NCBI GenBank assembly: GCA_964247055.1
Contig: OZ176053.1
Span: forward strand, 11,098,001 to 11,162,000
Length of the DNA stretch: 64,000 bases
Origin: Paragordius varius
Lineage: Eukaryota; Animalia; Nematomorpha
Direction: 5' to 3'
Shown here in pieces: positions 12,956 to 26,495 of the stretch (positions within the stretch are counted from its first letter, which is position 1; each line of letters begins with the position of its first letter). Made by a program: the position numbers and the translations under genes. Below the pieces are notes generated by a model that was not told where the DNA came from, did no database searches, and saw only the letters and a list, made by a program, of their open reading frames with translations.

Positions 12956-14015
12956 ACAGATGGACTCACAAGTTTTACCGGTTCGGTAAAACATGTATTA
13001 TTTAAGGAATTTTCTTTATTTTATTCAATATATTTTCCGGCTTTTACAAATTTCGCCTATCTCTCAGACCATATTAGATTAGATCCCTAGAAACTCATGT
13101 TTGTCACATCATCCGGCAAGCCATTTTCTAGCGTCTTCTTAATCATTTAAGTGCTGCTCTGCGAGCGTGTGCCTCATTGATGCACAAGTAATAGTCAGGT
13201 GGAGACTATTAGAACACGGGATGCAGAAATTTTCAAGCGATATAAGGTGTCTTTCTCGGTTGTGCTCTGTTAGGCTGATCATTAATATAGAAAAATGACT
13301 TTGCCATATCATCTGGCGTATTTTAATCGTTTATCGGTTAATTGTTTAAATTAAGAATTGTTTGGCTATAGCGTTGTGTGTTTATTTAATACCGCTTAGC
13401 TCCAATTAGACATCCTGTATAGTATTCTTGCCGAAGCGATTGACCTTGGTGCTTATGGAGCGGCTTTATAAAGGTGAAAGCCACGACTTTTCCCGCTTTA
13501 TATGTCCAAAATAAAGCTAATTCTCATCACCCGTCACATTTCGAAGCAAAAATTTCCTCTCCTTTAACGTTCATTCGAATTGTGTGGGAACTTATTAAAG
13601 AGTTTATTAGTCTATTCATTGCTCGTAGATGTTTTTGGAATGTTTTTTTGATAGATGTGCTTCTGCAATTGTCGTTGAGTTTGAGTTGGATCATCATCCA
13701 ATAACTCTTGCACTTTATTGTTTTCGAAGTTATATCACATTTAAATCCTAACTTTAAAATATTCGGAATCATGTTTAACAGATTTAATCAATTGATGTTT
13801 ACCATATAGTCTAACACCCAAACGAAAACTTCAGCTCTTTTCTTCTGTAATAAGAAAAGTTATGCATGCCGTAAAGGTTCTTTTTCAAATAGAAAATTTG
13901 ACACTATTATAAATGTAAAACACTAATTTTTTGGCCTACACCATGAACAAACGGCTGCTTACTTAACGCCTGTGCCTTCTTTTAAATTAAACGGTAATGA
14001 CTTATGTCTTGTTTT
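12956..14015 (-). mobile_element. Degenerate mariner (DD34D) transposon remnant
   Basis: Fragments VQELLDDDPTQTQRQL, VTGDEN, INTQRYSQ, SPPDYYL and ASMRHTLAEQH...RKWL resemble Mos1-type transposase, with stops and frameshifts. TIR-like CAGATGGACTCACAAGTTTTACCGGTT at about 12957. Right end approximate. Confidence 0.82.
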
Positions 14016-14849
14016 TAGCGTAAAAATATTTTTTATTAAATATCAGTTATCCTAAAATATATTATAAAACCCGATTAACTACAAATATTTATAAAATTTA
14101 TGACAATTTTAAAATATATACTATGCATCAAAGTCAAATAGTTTTTATTATAAAAAAATATCCAGGCATTTTGGTGTTAAAATAACATAGCGGTCTACAT
14201 ATAACATTAATAAAATATATACTTTTTTATTTCATCCATGTAGCCAATAATTGTTATATAAGGACATTATATATTATGAAAAAAGAAAATACATTAAAGG
14301 CCATAGATTTTTTGCCAATTTTTATATTTTTTCCAATTATACAGAAACTTTTTTGATCAAGTTATATTTAGGGTTTATATATGATGCTTATTAATTTAAT
14401 ATGGTATTTAGATGATACATATATTTTAATCAATATGTGTAAAACATTTATTGGATATGAATGATAAAAATTGCTAATCAAAATAATTATGGTATAAATC
14501 ATTAAACAAAATTATAATGTTCTAATTAAAATAAATTGGGACAGTCATTAAAATAATTTATGTACATATTAAGTATATTATATATAATGAACAAAAAAAC
14601 TTAAAATGTACAATAATAAAAGTAATAATATAGTTAAAAATTTAATTTTTATTTCAATTATTGGGCGCCCGACTAGATAAAATCTTTTATAAAATAATAT
14701 TATAGAGCATAGGGTGTAGCAACAACATATGTACAATATGGCCACGGCTAAATTAATACTGAGTGGTAAAAAAACGTACGGGCAAGCCAGCCATAAAAAA
14801 GCACGCTAAAAAGTTTTTATGCATTTTATTAATTCTTTTTCGCACGTGA

Positions 14850-16519
14850 TTATATCATTCTAATATATTTATCTGTGTCATCATCATTATCATCCTTTGG
14901 ATCACGTTTCTTCTTTTTATGTTCCTTTTTCGCTTTATTTTCTAGGCTAATATCATTTTTATTGAGTGAGGCAGGGCTTTCCTCATTTTTGGCCTGCTTA
15001 TCAGCTTGGGTATTAAAATCAACCATTCCAGTTTCACACTTTAAATCTTCCTCAAACACATTATCATTTTCACCTGCCGTGGGTGACTTTTTTTCTTCTG
15101 TGCCAACAGAATCTGAGGCAGGAGAAGTTTGAACAACAACCCTAGGAATAGTGGGTACAGTGTCTTCGGGTGAAAAACATTTTTTTATTGGGCTTTCTTG
15201 ATGCACCATCTCTGTGTCCATAGTTATGTTGTGTTGGATAATTTCTTTCTCCAGGCTTGCTGTACGCCTTTGTTTTTCGGGTGACATGTTAAGTGATTCA
15301 TCGATGACAACTTCATCTATAAAACGTGTTGTTGCATATAAAAGAATATAAAAATGTTGATAATATTATGGAAATCAGTTATAGTAAAACAGATGAAAAA
15401 ACTTGTTTAATATGTTTTTTTCAGTGGATAAATAAAAAGATAAAGGTATTGCAAATATTGATGATTCTGTAATTATGTTTAAAAAGGGATAGGCATCGGA
15501 ACGGTTAGCATTTCTTCGAAACTGTCTCAAGAGATACCAGAGCCAAATAAATATTATAATAAAAATTTAAATTACGGTTCCAGTTCATGGTTGAAAGCCT
15601 TATCAAAAAACTTAACTAACTATCTTTTCAAATACGATGGCCAAACACCAAATAATCCTACATTCTTGCTTTACTTCTAACAAAATTATTCATTGCAATC
15701 ATAAATCAAACAACCGGCTAAAATGAATTCAAGTAACAAAATTATAAAAATCTATACCCTTTTGTACATCAGTTAAAGTTGGTGGTTTGGTATCACCCGT
15801 AGATGATTTATTTAGAGTGTCCGGTTGACCAGGTAGGTTTTCTTCCGTGTCCTCGAGTTTTATCGGGCTGGGCCCATGGGAATCCAAAATGGATTGTCGT
15901 TTATGAGCTCCTTTAGATTCATCCGTGGGTTGTTGAGCCAATTCCTCCATAGGACTTGTTTCAGAGGCCAAAACGGTGGCAGATTTAGGAGGGAATCCAA
16001 CTACGTCCGTCCGTGCGGTGATTGATGCTGAGGTAGGTTCAACCTTTTGGTTTTAATTTTGTGATATAATATGTTAACACCATTAATTGTTCTAACAATC
16101 TTTATGTGTAACAATTGAAAGCAGGAAACCGTGATTAATGAATTTCATGAGAGACTGCTATTTGGAAAGGCACACGGTGATCAATAAAAAAAGTGAACTT
16201 GTTTTTTTTTCGAAAAAATTAGTCATCAAATCATTTAAACAAAAACATACCGCATTATATATATATATATATTGCATAACCAGTGAAATATATCAGATAA
16301 AAAAATAAATATACTTTTTTATTAGTATCATCAGGGAGGCCGCCGCTGCCGCCGCCCTTCTCCGATTTATTTGATGTTGAGGATTTCGAACTTGAACGGG
16401 ATTTCGTGGATGCTGACGATGAGCCCGAGGAACCACTTTTTTCTGAAGACGAAGATTCTGAGTCGCCAAGAGCTCGTTTTTGTATGGAATATGCACCGCG
16501 TTTCGCTTCAGCCATTTCT
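14850..16519 (-). CDS. Three in-frame low-complexity exons (16519-16315, 16043-15758, 15316-14850): either a C-terminal extension of IDE or a separate orphan gene starting at ATG 16527 or 16515
   Basis: Phase-compatible GT-AG junctions (phases 0 and 1). Ser/Gly-rich, then S/T/P/E-rich, then K/D/E-rich sequence ending at TAA 14850. The acceptor at 16520 is in phase with the last IDE donor. Confidence 0.75.
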
Positions 16520-17108
16520 CTAAACATTAAATAATTAATAGCAAAATTGAGAGAATTACGTGTATTATATATTATGAAATTTATGAAAAATTAAGCTGAA
16601 ATGTGTATCTTTGACTAGAAAAGTCGAAAATTAAAATTTATATTTTTCTAAGATACGCATTCTTTCATAAAATAATTAAATTGCGTAAAGACTAAATACA
16701 GGTATTCATTTAATACTAATTAAAAGAGTGTGAACAATATCCCTTGAAGAATAATAATTATTTATATTACGCAATTTATTTAATTATTAGTACTAATGCG
16801 ATAGGGAAATTAGTTTGTAAATTGCGTAAAATTACTAAATGTTGTATAGATCAAATACTAAAAAAGTCGAAAGAAGATAAACGATTCAGCGCTTAATAAA
16901 TATGGGTAAAAATTGGAAAATGTTTAATAAAATTTAGATTATAAAACCATACGTATATAATTTTATAAAAATCAAAGACATATAAAATTATTACATGCAA
17001 TTTGGCCGATAAAAATGGTAAAGGTTTTAAAATATTTAAAATCCATAAAAATGAATAACTTTAAATAAGGATGTTTTATAAGTAATAATCGTATGTAACG
17101 TAACATAC

Positions 17109-17469
17109 CTTTGACTTTCCTCATCAAGAGCACCCTGATAAGTGTATTTAGCTTTGAGACCGGCACTCCCTACATCCAGGCACGGTTTTGTGAGAGGATA
17201 CAACCCTAAGCCAGATTTGAATTGATCCGGATCATTTATGTATCGTGATTTTTTCTAATATATTATAAGCATAAATTTTTAAGGAAAAAACGTATCGGTA
17301 TTATATTAATATTTATCGATTTCCTGTTGGGATATTTTAAAAAAGATCATAGAACAAACTGGTATAGGTTGCCGAAAAAATATAGTTTCAGTTATTGTTT
17401 ATAATGGCCAAATCATTTCGAAATGAAATGTGAAAAAAAGCCCAAAAAATATAAACTGTAAAATTACAT

Positions 17470-17505
<36 letters not shown>

Positions 17506-20500
17506 CTGTTTTCTAAAACAAGTAAAAACCTATGAAATATAAATAAGGTTGAAATTTTTAAGATAATTATCACCGCCGTTAATTAAATTGTCAATTATAC
17601 CTTTGTAACTTTTAAAATTTCTGTATCATTTGCGGTAAATTCCTCGCTGGAGGGGAGTACGTGTGTAGCTAATCGTTTTCTAGCATCAGATTCTGGTGAA
17701 AAATATTCCTAAACATGACAAAATAGTTTTGATAACAAAATAGAAAGATATGAATATTTTAATAATATATACCTGATAAAACTTTATTAGGTCATCTTTG
17801 GTTAGCTTTTTGATTTCTAAAATCTCCAATTCGTCTAATTATACAAAAAAATAAATATAATATTTAAGATAAAATGCGATATAATTTAGATTATATGCCT
17901 ATTTATATGAGAAAAGCATTAATGATGAAAAAAAGAACCTCTATCAAAATTATATTGATTGGATGTTATTTCGCCCCAATATCTGTATGATTGCTCAATC
18001 ATTTTCTTGGGTTTTTCACTTAACTTGTTAATAACGGATTCTACATTCTTTTGCCAGGCAGTATCATTCATTTCAATGATATAATTCTATAAAAAAATTA
18101 TGATAATGAAAAATCTGATGTTTTTAATTGATCACTATACGATTCATTTAAACTATGTAGGTTATTTAAATGGAGAAATTTTGCATGTTAAAAAACAGAT
18201 TATATTATGGAAATGAAAATTATTCAGTTATATACAGCGTTTTATTGGAGCCCAGTTTTTATTTTCCAATATAATATACATAAATTAAAACTTAGGTTTT
18301 TTTAAAAAAATACTAAGAATAATATATATATATATATATATAGCCAGATAGAATTAAAAATTAATTATTTATAACGAATTATCTCATCTTATTGTGCATA
18401 TAAATTTGTTATTGTATATAATTAATTTTTTCAAATGTATAAAAGGGTAATATTTTGAATATTTAACAACACGAAAGTATTATAAACTATCTCTGTAGTA
18501 TACTTCCATACGTAACAAAAATGCTTCCACGCGTGAATCTAAGAATGAAGGCATTCGATCACTTTGAATTATTATACGTAAACCATGGACACTATTTGAT
18601 TGTCGAATGGTACACATACATATATAACCTAAAATATTTGATATAATTAAATAAATTACACAAGTAATGGATTGATCTCAACCAGCTTATATCAATTATA
18701 ATTTATATGGTTAACTTCGTTTTTGATTCAATTAAAAATATATTTGCCGTTTGTAGTATTTATTAATGATTTATAGCAGTTAAACCGCTCACCATGTTTT
18801 TGAAGGGTTAGAAATTCGCACAAAGCTATTTATTATATTATAGTTTTAAATATTATGAGATAAAATGTTTGATATATTAAACCTAATTGTTCCTTTGTTC
18901 GAAGAATATCAAAACACGGCTCTCCAATAATTTGTGAAACAAGATCTAGCAAAGCTACACTTCGAACATCCCGTAAACCGATTTGATAGTAAGAATCGAT
19001 GGCAGTTGATTTATGGACCGGGTTATCAACTTGATTTATATAGTGAGCTCCTATACAAGAATATACGGTAAAAATAAGAATGTAAACACAATAAAGCATA
19101 AAAAATAAAAGCTAATAACATATTTTTTCATACAAAACACCAAAATGTAAATTGGTAACATATTCTATATATGTGATCATATATTATAAAGAAAAATGAA
19201 GATTAAATTTTATAAAAAAGATTGGCTTTAATTTTTTTTAAACTTTGGAGATCATTTTCTACCTAATATTAATTTCAAAACTTTATAAATTTGTAAAAAC
19301 AACCTCAAAATATTTATATAAAACATTTTAAAAAAGTATATTGTCCGAAGAGAATATCAAACACAATTATTTTACTGTGAAAAATTAAAAGCGTGCGTTA
19401 TCTTTCCATTTAATCAAAAACTTTTGCATCCATTTAAAAATTTACCCATAGGTATAACGTGTTCCCGGCTCTTAACAATTTGCGATGTGAACAGTGGTCG
19501 AGATTTCTCAAAATTTTTATCCATAATTTGAGCTATGACATAGGCTTGATCAGTTGTAAAGTTTCCGTAAACCATGACATTCAAACAAAATCGAGCAAAT
19601 AAACGTGGTATAAAATTTTGTACATCGGTATATGTGATTTCTACAAATGTTTATTTAATGAATAAATAAAATTTAGGCTATTTTTAACACGTATTTTAAT
19701 TATAGCATAAAAAATGATATTTCAGAAAAGCATCGTATAATGATAATTTGTTGTTCAATAGTTTAGTTTTTTGTTATTATTTTACATTTAATCATAATAA
19801 AACTTTCTGCTGAATATATTCAAATATACACCAAAAATCCATTTAGTTACCAAAAAACAACAGAGAATTTTTTGGTTAAATTATTAAAAATCAAAACCAT
19901 TTAAAAAAATTGTTTTTAGAAAAAATGTAAATAGACCTAACTATAAAAAATAGATTCGAAAAAAATCAGGCATCCTTGCTCTTTTAAGGCACAAACAATT
20001 TTTTAAAAAAGTAAAAAAAAACCTTCCAAGGATTCAATCAATTCATCTTTACTCCAATGAGTATCATCAAGTAACGAGTTTGTAAAGTATATGGCATGAT
20101 GGTATGGTAATTCAGCAAAGAAATTTTTCAAAAACCTCATATACTAGAGGAAAATAAAAATTGTATTGAAACATTTTTTAAAAAAAATATATGATAAATA
20201 TATACCGTTTCTTTAATAATTTCAAAACGTTTTGGATCAATGATCAAATCTTTCATTTTGGCAAACAATTCATCCAAGAAAATAAGTTGTTTTTGATTGA
20301 AACCACGAACATATAACTAAATATTATGAGTAAAAAAATTAAATCATTATTCAGATCGTGTATATGATAAATAGGAAAAAATAGGTTTAATAAATAAAAA
20401 ACATGTACATTTATGCCCTGTTTAGTGTTTTCTAAATTGTATGATAATCCTGCTAGTTCGGCATTGTAAGCATATTCAGTTATGGTGTCTTTGAACATTT

Positions 20501-23500
20501 GAACATACAAATATGTCATATTGCAATTGGAAGGATCCAAATATGCCAAAGGACTAATAAAATAATATAATACAATACAGAATCATTCAAAAATGGTAAT
20601 ATAATATTTATATATTTGAAATTTTAATTTTTAAACATCGGATGGACCTACATAACTTATAAATGTATGTTTCATACAATACTTACGTTAAAAATTCAAA
20701 ATGCAGAAATGATTTGGGTAGTAGAAAGGTGTCATCTTGTCTAAACCAAATGCGGATTTTAGATTCATCCTTAAATGTAAAAATAAAATAAAAATGTTTA
20801 TAAACATTCATTATCAAATTTTTTCAAGTAATTTGCAATATAATTTAAACTTTTATTAGATATGGATAGGGGCTGGGTTCAGATCGACCAGTTTTAGCAA
20901 AAATAGTGAAATCATTTGGTATAAATGGGTTGGGTTTAGGCAAGTGTAATTTAGGATTTTTTCCAGGATCTTTCCATTTCTAAAATTATAACATAGGAAT
21001 GTATAACACTAAAAAAAAATCAATTATTATTGAACCTTAATTAAATATGCCTTGTGGCGTATAAAACGAAAAATTTAGAGAAGTAGATAAATTAATACTT
21101 AATTATCGACATTTTATTAGTTAAATATATTAGTGTTTTTAAGATAAAAATGTGTAATATTTTTTTATAAAAAATTTCACAATATTTGATTTTTAAAGTT
21201 TGATATTTAATTACGAATTAAAACTCCGTGTATTAAAATTTATTAAAAATGTAATACATGTAATGTTAAATTGGTACATATTTAAATGTTAAATAAATTT
21301 TAAAGTTTTCCGGTATATAAGTAATTCAAATTAAAACATTTAAAAAAAAATATTTTACATTTAATGTTTCTTCAGGTATGGGTTTAGCACTATAATCCGT
21401 CCCATACCATGGTTCCTTTTGATCAGTTTGACCTGCAAACGTTTGAGCAACTACATAGTATCTATTAAAAGTGATAAATGAAATTGATTAAATACCATTG
21501 AAAAATTATTTTTGTTTTGGTTTATTATAACACTTTAAAACTAACATTTTAATTAAAAATAAATGTAATGTATATTATAGTTTGTTTGGAAAGCGAAAAT
21601 CGGATAAAATTAGACATACATGATTATAATTACGAGGATTTATAAATTTAGGAAAAAGGCGAAACTCGTATCAAAATATAAGGGAAACAATTAAAATAAA
21701 TCAAAAAAATAAGAAACCTCATACGTTCTGGTGTTAAACAATCCAAAACTTTGAAAACAAGGTCGGGTCGATATTCCGTTTGAATATAATCGCAAGACAA
21801 AATATCAACTAGGGGATAATCCTATAGAAACAAAAATAACCTTAAAATTTGAACAAACATTATATTACAATTTGATTAAATATATATTGCTAGCAAATTA
21901 TTAATTATTGCCAAATAGTATATGCAACAAAGAGAATTATTATTGGATAATAATAGTAAAAAGTAAAAAAGCCAATAATACTGCCCTTTGTTGTATATGC
22001 TATTCGGCATAACTGTCTAACAATGTATACTTACTCATATTGTAATTTAATTTGGTAAAAAAAACTTTTTACTTGTAATTTGGATGCAACATCAGAAACG
22101 TAAGAGTCTGCGGCTTTTTTATCATGATATTTGAATTGCAAAGCACCAATATCCTAGGAAAGAATAAAATATATATGTTTTCTTTAAAGAATAAAACGAT
22201 AAAATCTAATTTCTAAGTATAGTTGCAAAAAAGCAACATTCATTTTTTTGAACATTATGCTATGTTTTCCGACTTTTATGGTAATATACTTATGAAAATT
22301 TAATTACCATGAATTTATTAAATTTAATCACGGTTATTATTTGGAAGTAAATTAAAACAAACGTATCAACAATGATTATGTCCCAATAAACAAAACTACT
22401 GTTGTATTACAATTATTGGCTAAATTTTTTAACTTTCTTATTATGACATAAGGGTAAGGCTATTATATTCAAAATTTGTTAAATTATAATAAAATAAATA
22501 TATTTTGAAAAAAAAAGCATCCTAGAAATATATAAAAAACTTTAATATTTGTTTCTAAAATTCTTTTTGACATTTATTGGCTAATGAAATACAATAATAA
22601 GTATTTCGTCGCAATAAATTAAATGATTACTCTGCATTCTTCAAATATCCAGGGTTGTGGCCATTCCTTCTTTAAAAGTTCAATGTATTGGAAAACGGTT
22701 GTAATTATTTCATCCAAATGATCTAACAAGCAAAAAAATCGATATAAGTTAGTCACTCTGTTTAATATAAATTATCTTTTTTGAAAAAATTTGCTTTAGT
22801 ACTTTGACCTATTTTTACAGTAGAATTAACTAGTAATTACATATTGTATGATATAAATGACCAAAAAATATTATGAAAAAGGATAAATTAACAAAAATCT
22901 AATCAAATCTAAGATAGTTTTTGCTTTGCATTACACCAAAACAAATTAAAATTTAGGTGCATTATTAGGATAGATAATGAAATATCGTTTTTATATAATA
23001 TTTTGTTGATTATATACAAATCAAACGTGGTCATATCCATTTTATAACATAAGTATCAATGAAATATTTTGAAAAAAAAGTCAATTGCAAAAAAAGAATT
23101 TAAAAACCGTCTTAATAAACTTAATTCGACTTACCGATTCCGGTTTCAGTCAAATCGCCGCTTATGCTAAAAAACATATAACCACGTGCTCCAGGTTGAG
23201 TTCCCCCACAAATACTGCTAATCCAACCCTTATTTTTTAGCAGTGATAAAACACTTCCCTCCCCCTCGTGTGCAATTAAGTGACCAATTATATTTCCTGG
23301 CTATAGAAAATGTATGAAATAAATTTTACTTTTGTTTTTTTTTGCTGACATTTTTTAATATGCTAATTCCTTTTTAATTTATTGCAGTAAAAATTAAAAT
23401 TTTACGGATAAAACGTAAAAATGTCAGACAAATATTTTTTTATAAGACAACCATACTTTTTTATATTCTAATTTTTTCTTATAGAAATTATCCAATTACA

Positions 23501-26495
23501 AAAAATTACATTATTGATTGTGTTAATAATTTATATCTCTATTTCCCAATTTCCAATTAAAAATAGGGTGTTATATATAAAAAATCAAGTTAAAAAAAGT
23601 AAAGTGATCTTTTGAGAATTATTTGTCTTTATATTACGTTTTGTCCGTAAAATTTCGACTATAAATGTAACATTATAGCCAAGTTAACATAGTTTTTGGA
23701 AAATATTAATTTCATCATTACAATTCACTGTATTATCAAAACAGGATAAAACTTAAAAATAAATGCGTCAATTAAAATATTCACTTCAAATAATTATTAT
23801 TTTTTCCTAATAATATATGATTCTACCCATTAAAATTTTATTGTTAAAATCCTTTATAAAAAACTAAATTGTTTAACCGCTTTTGTATTAACAAAAATAA
23901 ATAAAGAGGAATCACTTACACTTGATTTGTAGTATTTGGTCAGATCGGGTATGGGAAAACTCATGTAGAAATAGCGCAAATCTTTCACTGGTAATACATT
24001 GATACGAAGCTATAAAAATGCAGAGAAAATAGGGATAAAAATTTTGATAAAATACCTTTAAAAAATCTTCTGTTATTGGATTTTCATGCCATTCAGGTAT
24101 GGTAATATCCTTATTAGCTACGCGCCCAAACAAATTTACGGCCCATTCGGTTAATGTGTCGATTGATTCTAAAAAATGAATTCAATACAGATAAGGAAAC
24201 GATTTTTCTGCATACAATTGAAAATATTTAAAACTAATAGATGAAACCTTTGCCCAAAATAGCAAGTCCCATGATGTTTGAGGAATACCATTGTTCATGG
24301 AATTTCAACAATTCTTTGCGCGTGTCTATGCCTTTTGACTTGGGTGTTGTTAACAGTGTTTTCTTGCTCCCTAACGAATATTGTATGACAAATTGAATTT
24401 ATGTGGATATGCAAAAAAAACAGTTGGACCTCTTTTTGTAGCAAAAAAAACATACCGGTTTGTAAAATAAAATTAACAAAGTATATTTGGAATCATACAA
24501 TACACTAATTGTCGGTTACTTTAAAAGCATTAATTAATTTTCACAAAAAAATATTGAAACATCATTTTTGTCAGTTTATGAAATAGCATTGTATTAAAGA
24601 TAGCTAAGAAAAAAAACACATAAAACGGGGCGGTCTATCATTCTTAGAAAATGAGTTTAAACTGTAAATTATATCAATTTAGCTTTTTTTATATAAATTA
24701 AGTTAAAAATAAATCAATTATCCAACAAATTTATATCCTATATACCGGTTCCAAATTTGTGATAATCCTTATCCGGACTGCACAAATGTCGATCGAGTTG
24801 ATGAAAACGCCAAGAATCTTGTTGCAAATTTTTATCGTTTTCTGAGTTGACGGCTTTAGCCTCACGTTCCGTACTGCTTGGGTTAAACAGGGGACAAATG
24901 AAAAACTCGGAAAATCTAGCACAGATAATGTAAAAAAAGATGTAAAATTCTAATACCGTCTAATAATAATAATAATAATGTAATATTTATCAAACGTTTA
25001 TCGTTAGCGATACTGTGAATGATATTTAATACTGATAATCAAGGGTGACTTTATCATAAAATGATTTTTAATAAGATTTAGCATGCAATGTTTATAGTAT
25101 AACAACAGGTCCTACGGATTAATATATTCGATTTTGCAATCTGTAGTAAACGTTAAAAATTAAATGTTCAAAAATAAAATAAATGAGTACCAAAAAAATA
25201 TAATTTACTAAAATTTACCTGTCCAAAGCTCCTTTCAAGTGTTCAGGTGCAACCTCAAAATAATAGTTTGTATGATCGTCACATGTATATGCATTGGAGG
25301 AGCCATTATGTTCATTCAAATACTAGGGAAAAAATTAAAAGATTAATTTTATTGGACAAAAATACATGTGTCTCATTATCCGTATCAAGACTTGACTCTT
25401 TTACAAAAAAAATAATTTTATAAAATTAAATTTTTACCATTATTTTTTAGGCAATTTTTATCATAGATTAGATATTAAAAAATGACATCGAAAAGCTAAT
25501 TGAATGTATTTTTACCAAAATTTCATACCAAAAAAATAAAAATTAATTTGGCATGAAAAAATATTTTATGGGCATTTTTTTAAAAACACGATTTATGAGA
25601 GTGAAGAGAATCGTAAAAATATTTGCCACCATAATTTATAAAAAATGTTTCCAATATTTCCTTTATGTAATGTACCTTGGAGTATTCATTTTCGCTAGGA
25701 AATTTTTTAGTGCCCATAAATAACATGTGTTCACAAAAGTGTGCGATCCCAGGAACTTCGACAGGATCCTTCAAATTTCCTAAAATTCGTAAAATTGACT
25801 CCATTTAAAAATATTAGACTGCTTACAAAATTAAATAACCAAAAAAATTAAAATTCCTAATTCCGTTGAGGTGCGAAAAATATATTTTATTAAATACATT
25901 GGGCCTACCTATATCTAATTTTATCAAAAAATTATTCCCAAGCATGATTAAAATTAAATGTTTTATTATAAAAATTAGGCAATTCAGCGGTACATAATGT
26001 TAAATAAATATTACAAAATAAATAAATTATAGTATACCAATATGGACATCCAATGCAGCAGCGGCTTTATCAGATTCGGGATCACTTATGACCATTACTT
26101 TCATTTTGTTTGATAATTCGAGTCCTCGATAGATTAATTTATCTGTTTGTGATTTGGTTATATGATCCTCAAAATTTACGACATAATTGGTAAGGTCTGC
26201 ACTTAATGAGAGCCGACGTTTTTGAATTGGGGACATGACATTATTACCAATAATTTTGACATTTGAGCTGAGATCTGATGGATTTATATCTTGGATTTCA
26301 TTCTCAATTCCTAGGACATTGTTTGCCCCACCTGCACTACCACCATTTGCGGCAAATATTTCTTCACGATTGTTCAACTTTTTTTGTTGATTGTTTGAAT
26401 TATTGGTATCCAAATTTTTGGCCAAAGTGATATAATTAGACGGATCATTGGGATTCAAAGGCGCTGATGATGACATAATACGTTTTACCAAAAGC
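17109..26495 (-). CDS. IDE: Insulin-degrading enzyme (insulysin, peptidase M16A), more than 20 exons
   Basis: Hand-spliced exons give [29 protein letters not shown], the inverted zinc motif [71 protein letters not shown] and [13 protein letters not shown], collinear with human IDE. A further 5' exon is implied by the acceptor at 26496 but was not located. Confidence 0.96.
17473..17502. repeat. (TA)n microsatellite (others at about 7079, 16257, 18324 and 56010)
   Basis: Directly visible dinucleotide run. Confidence 0.9.

Noticed and set aside
13400-13470. HKHQGQSL as a Pif1/Helitron helicase motif
   Set aside because: The surrounding sequence decodes as mariner transposase. The match is coincidental.
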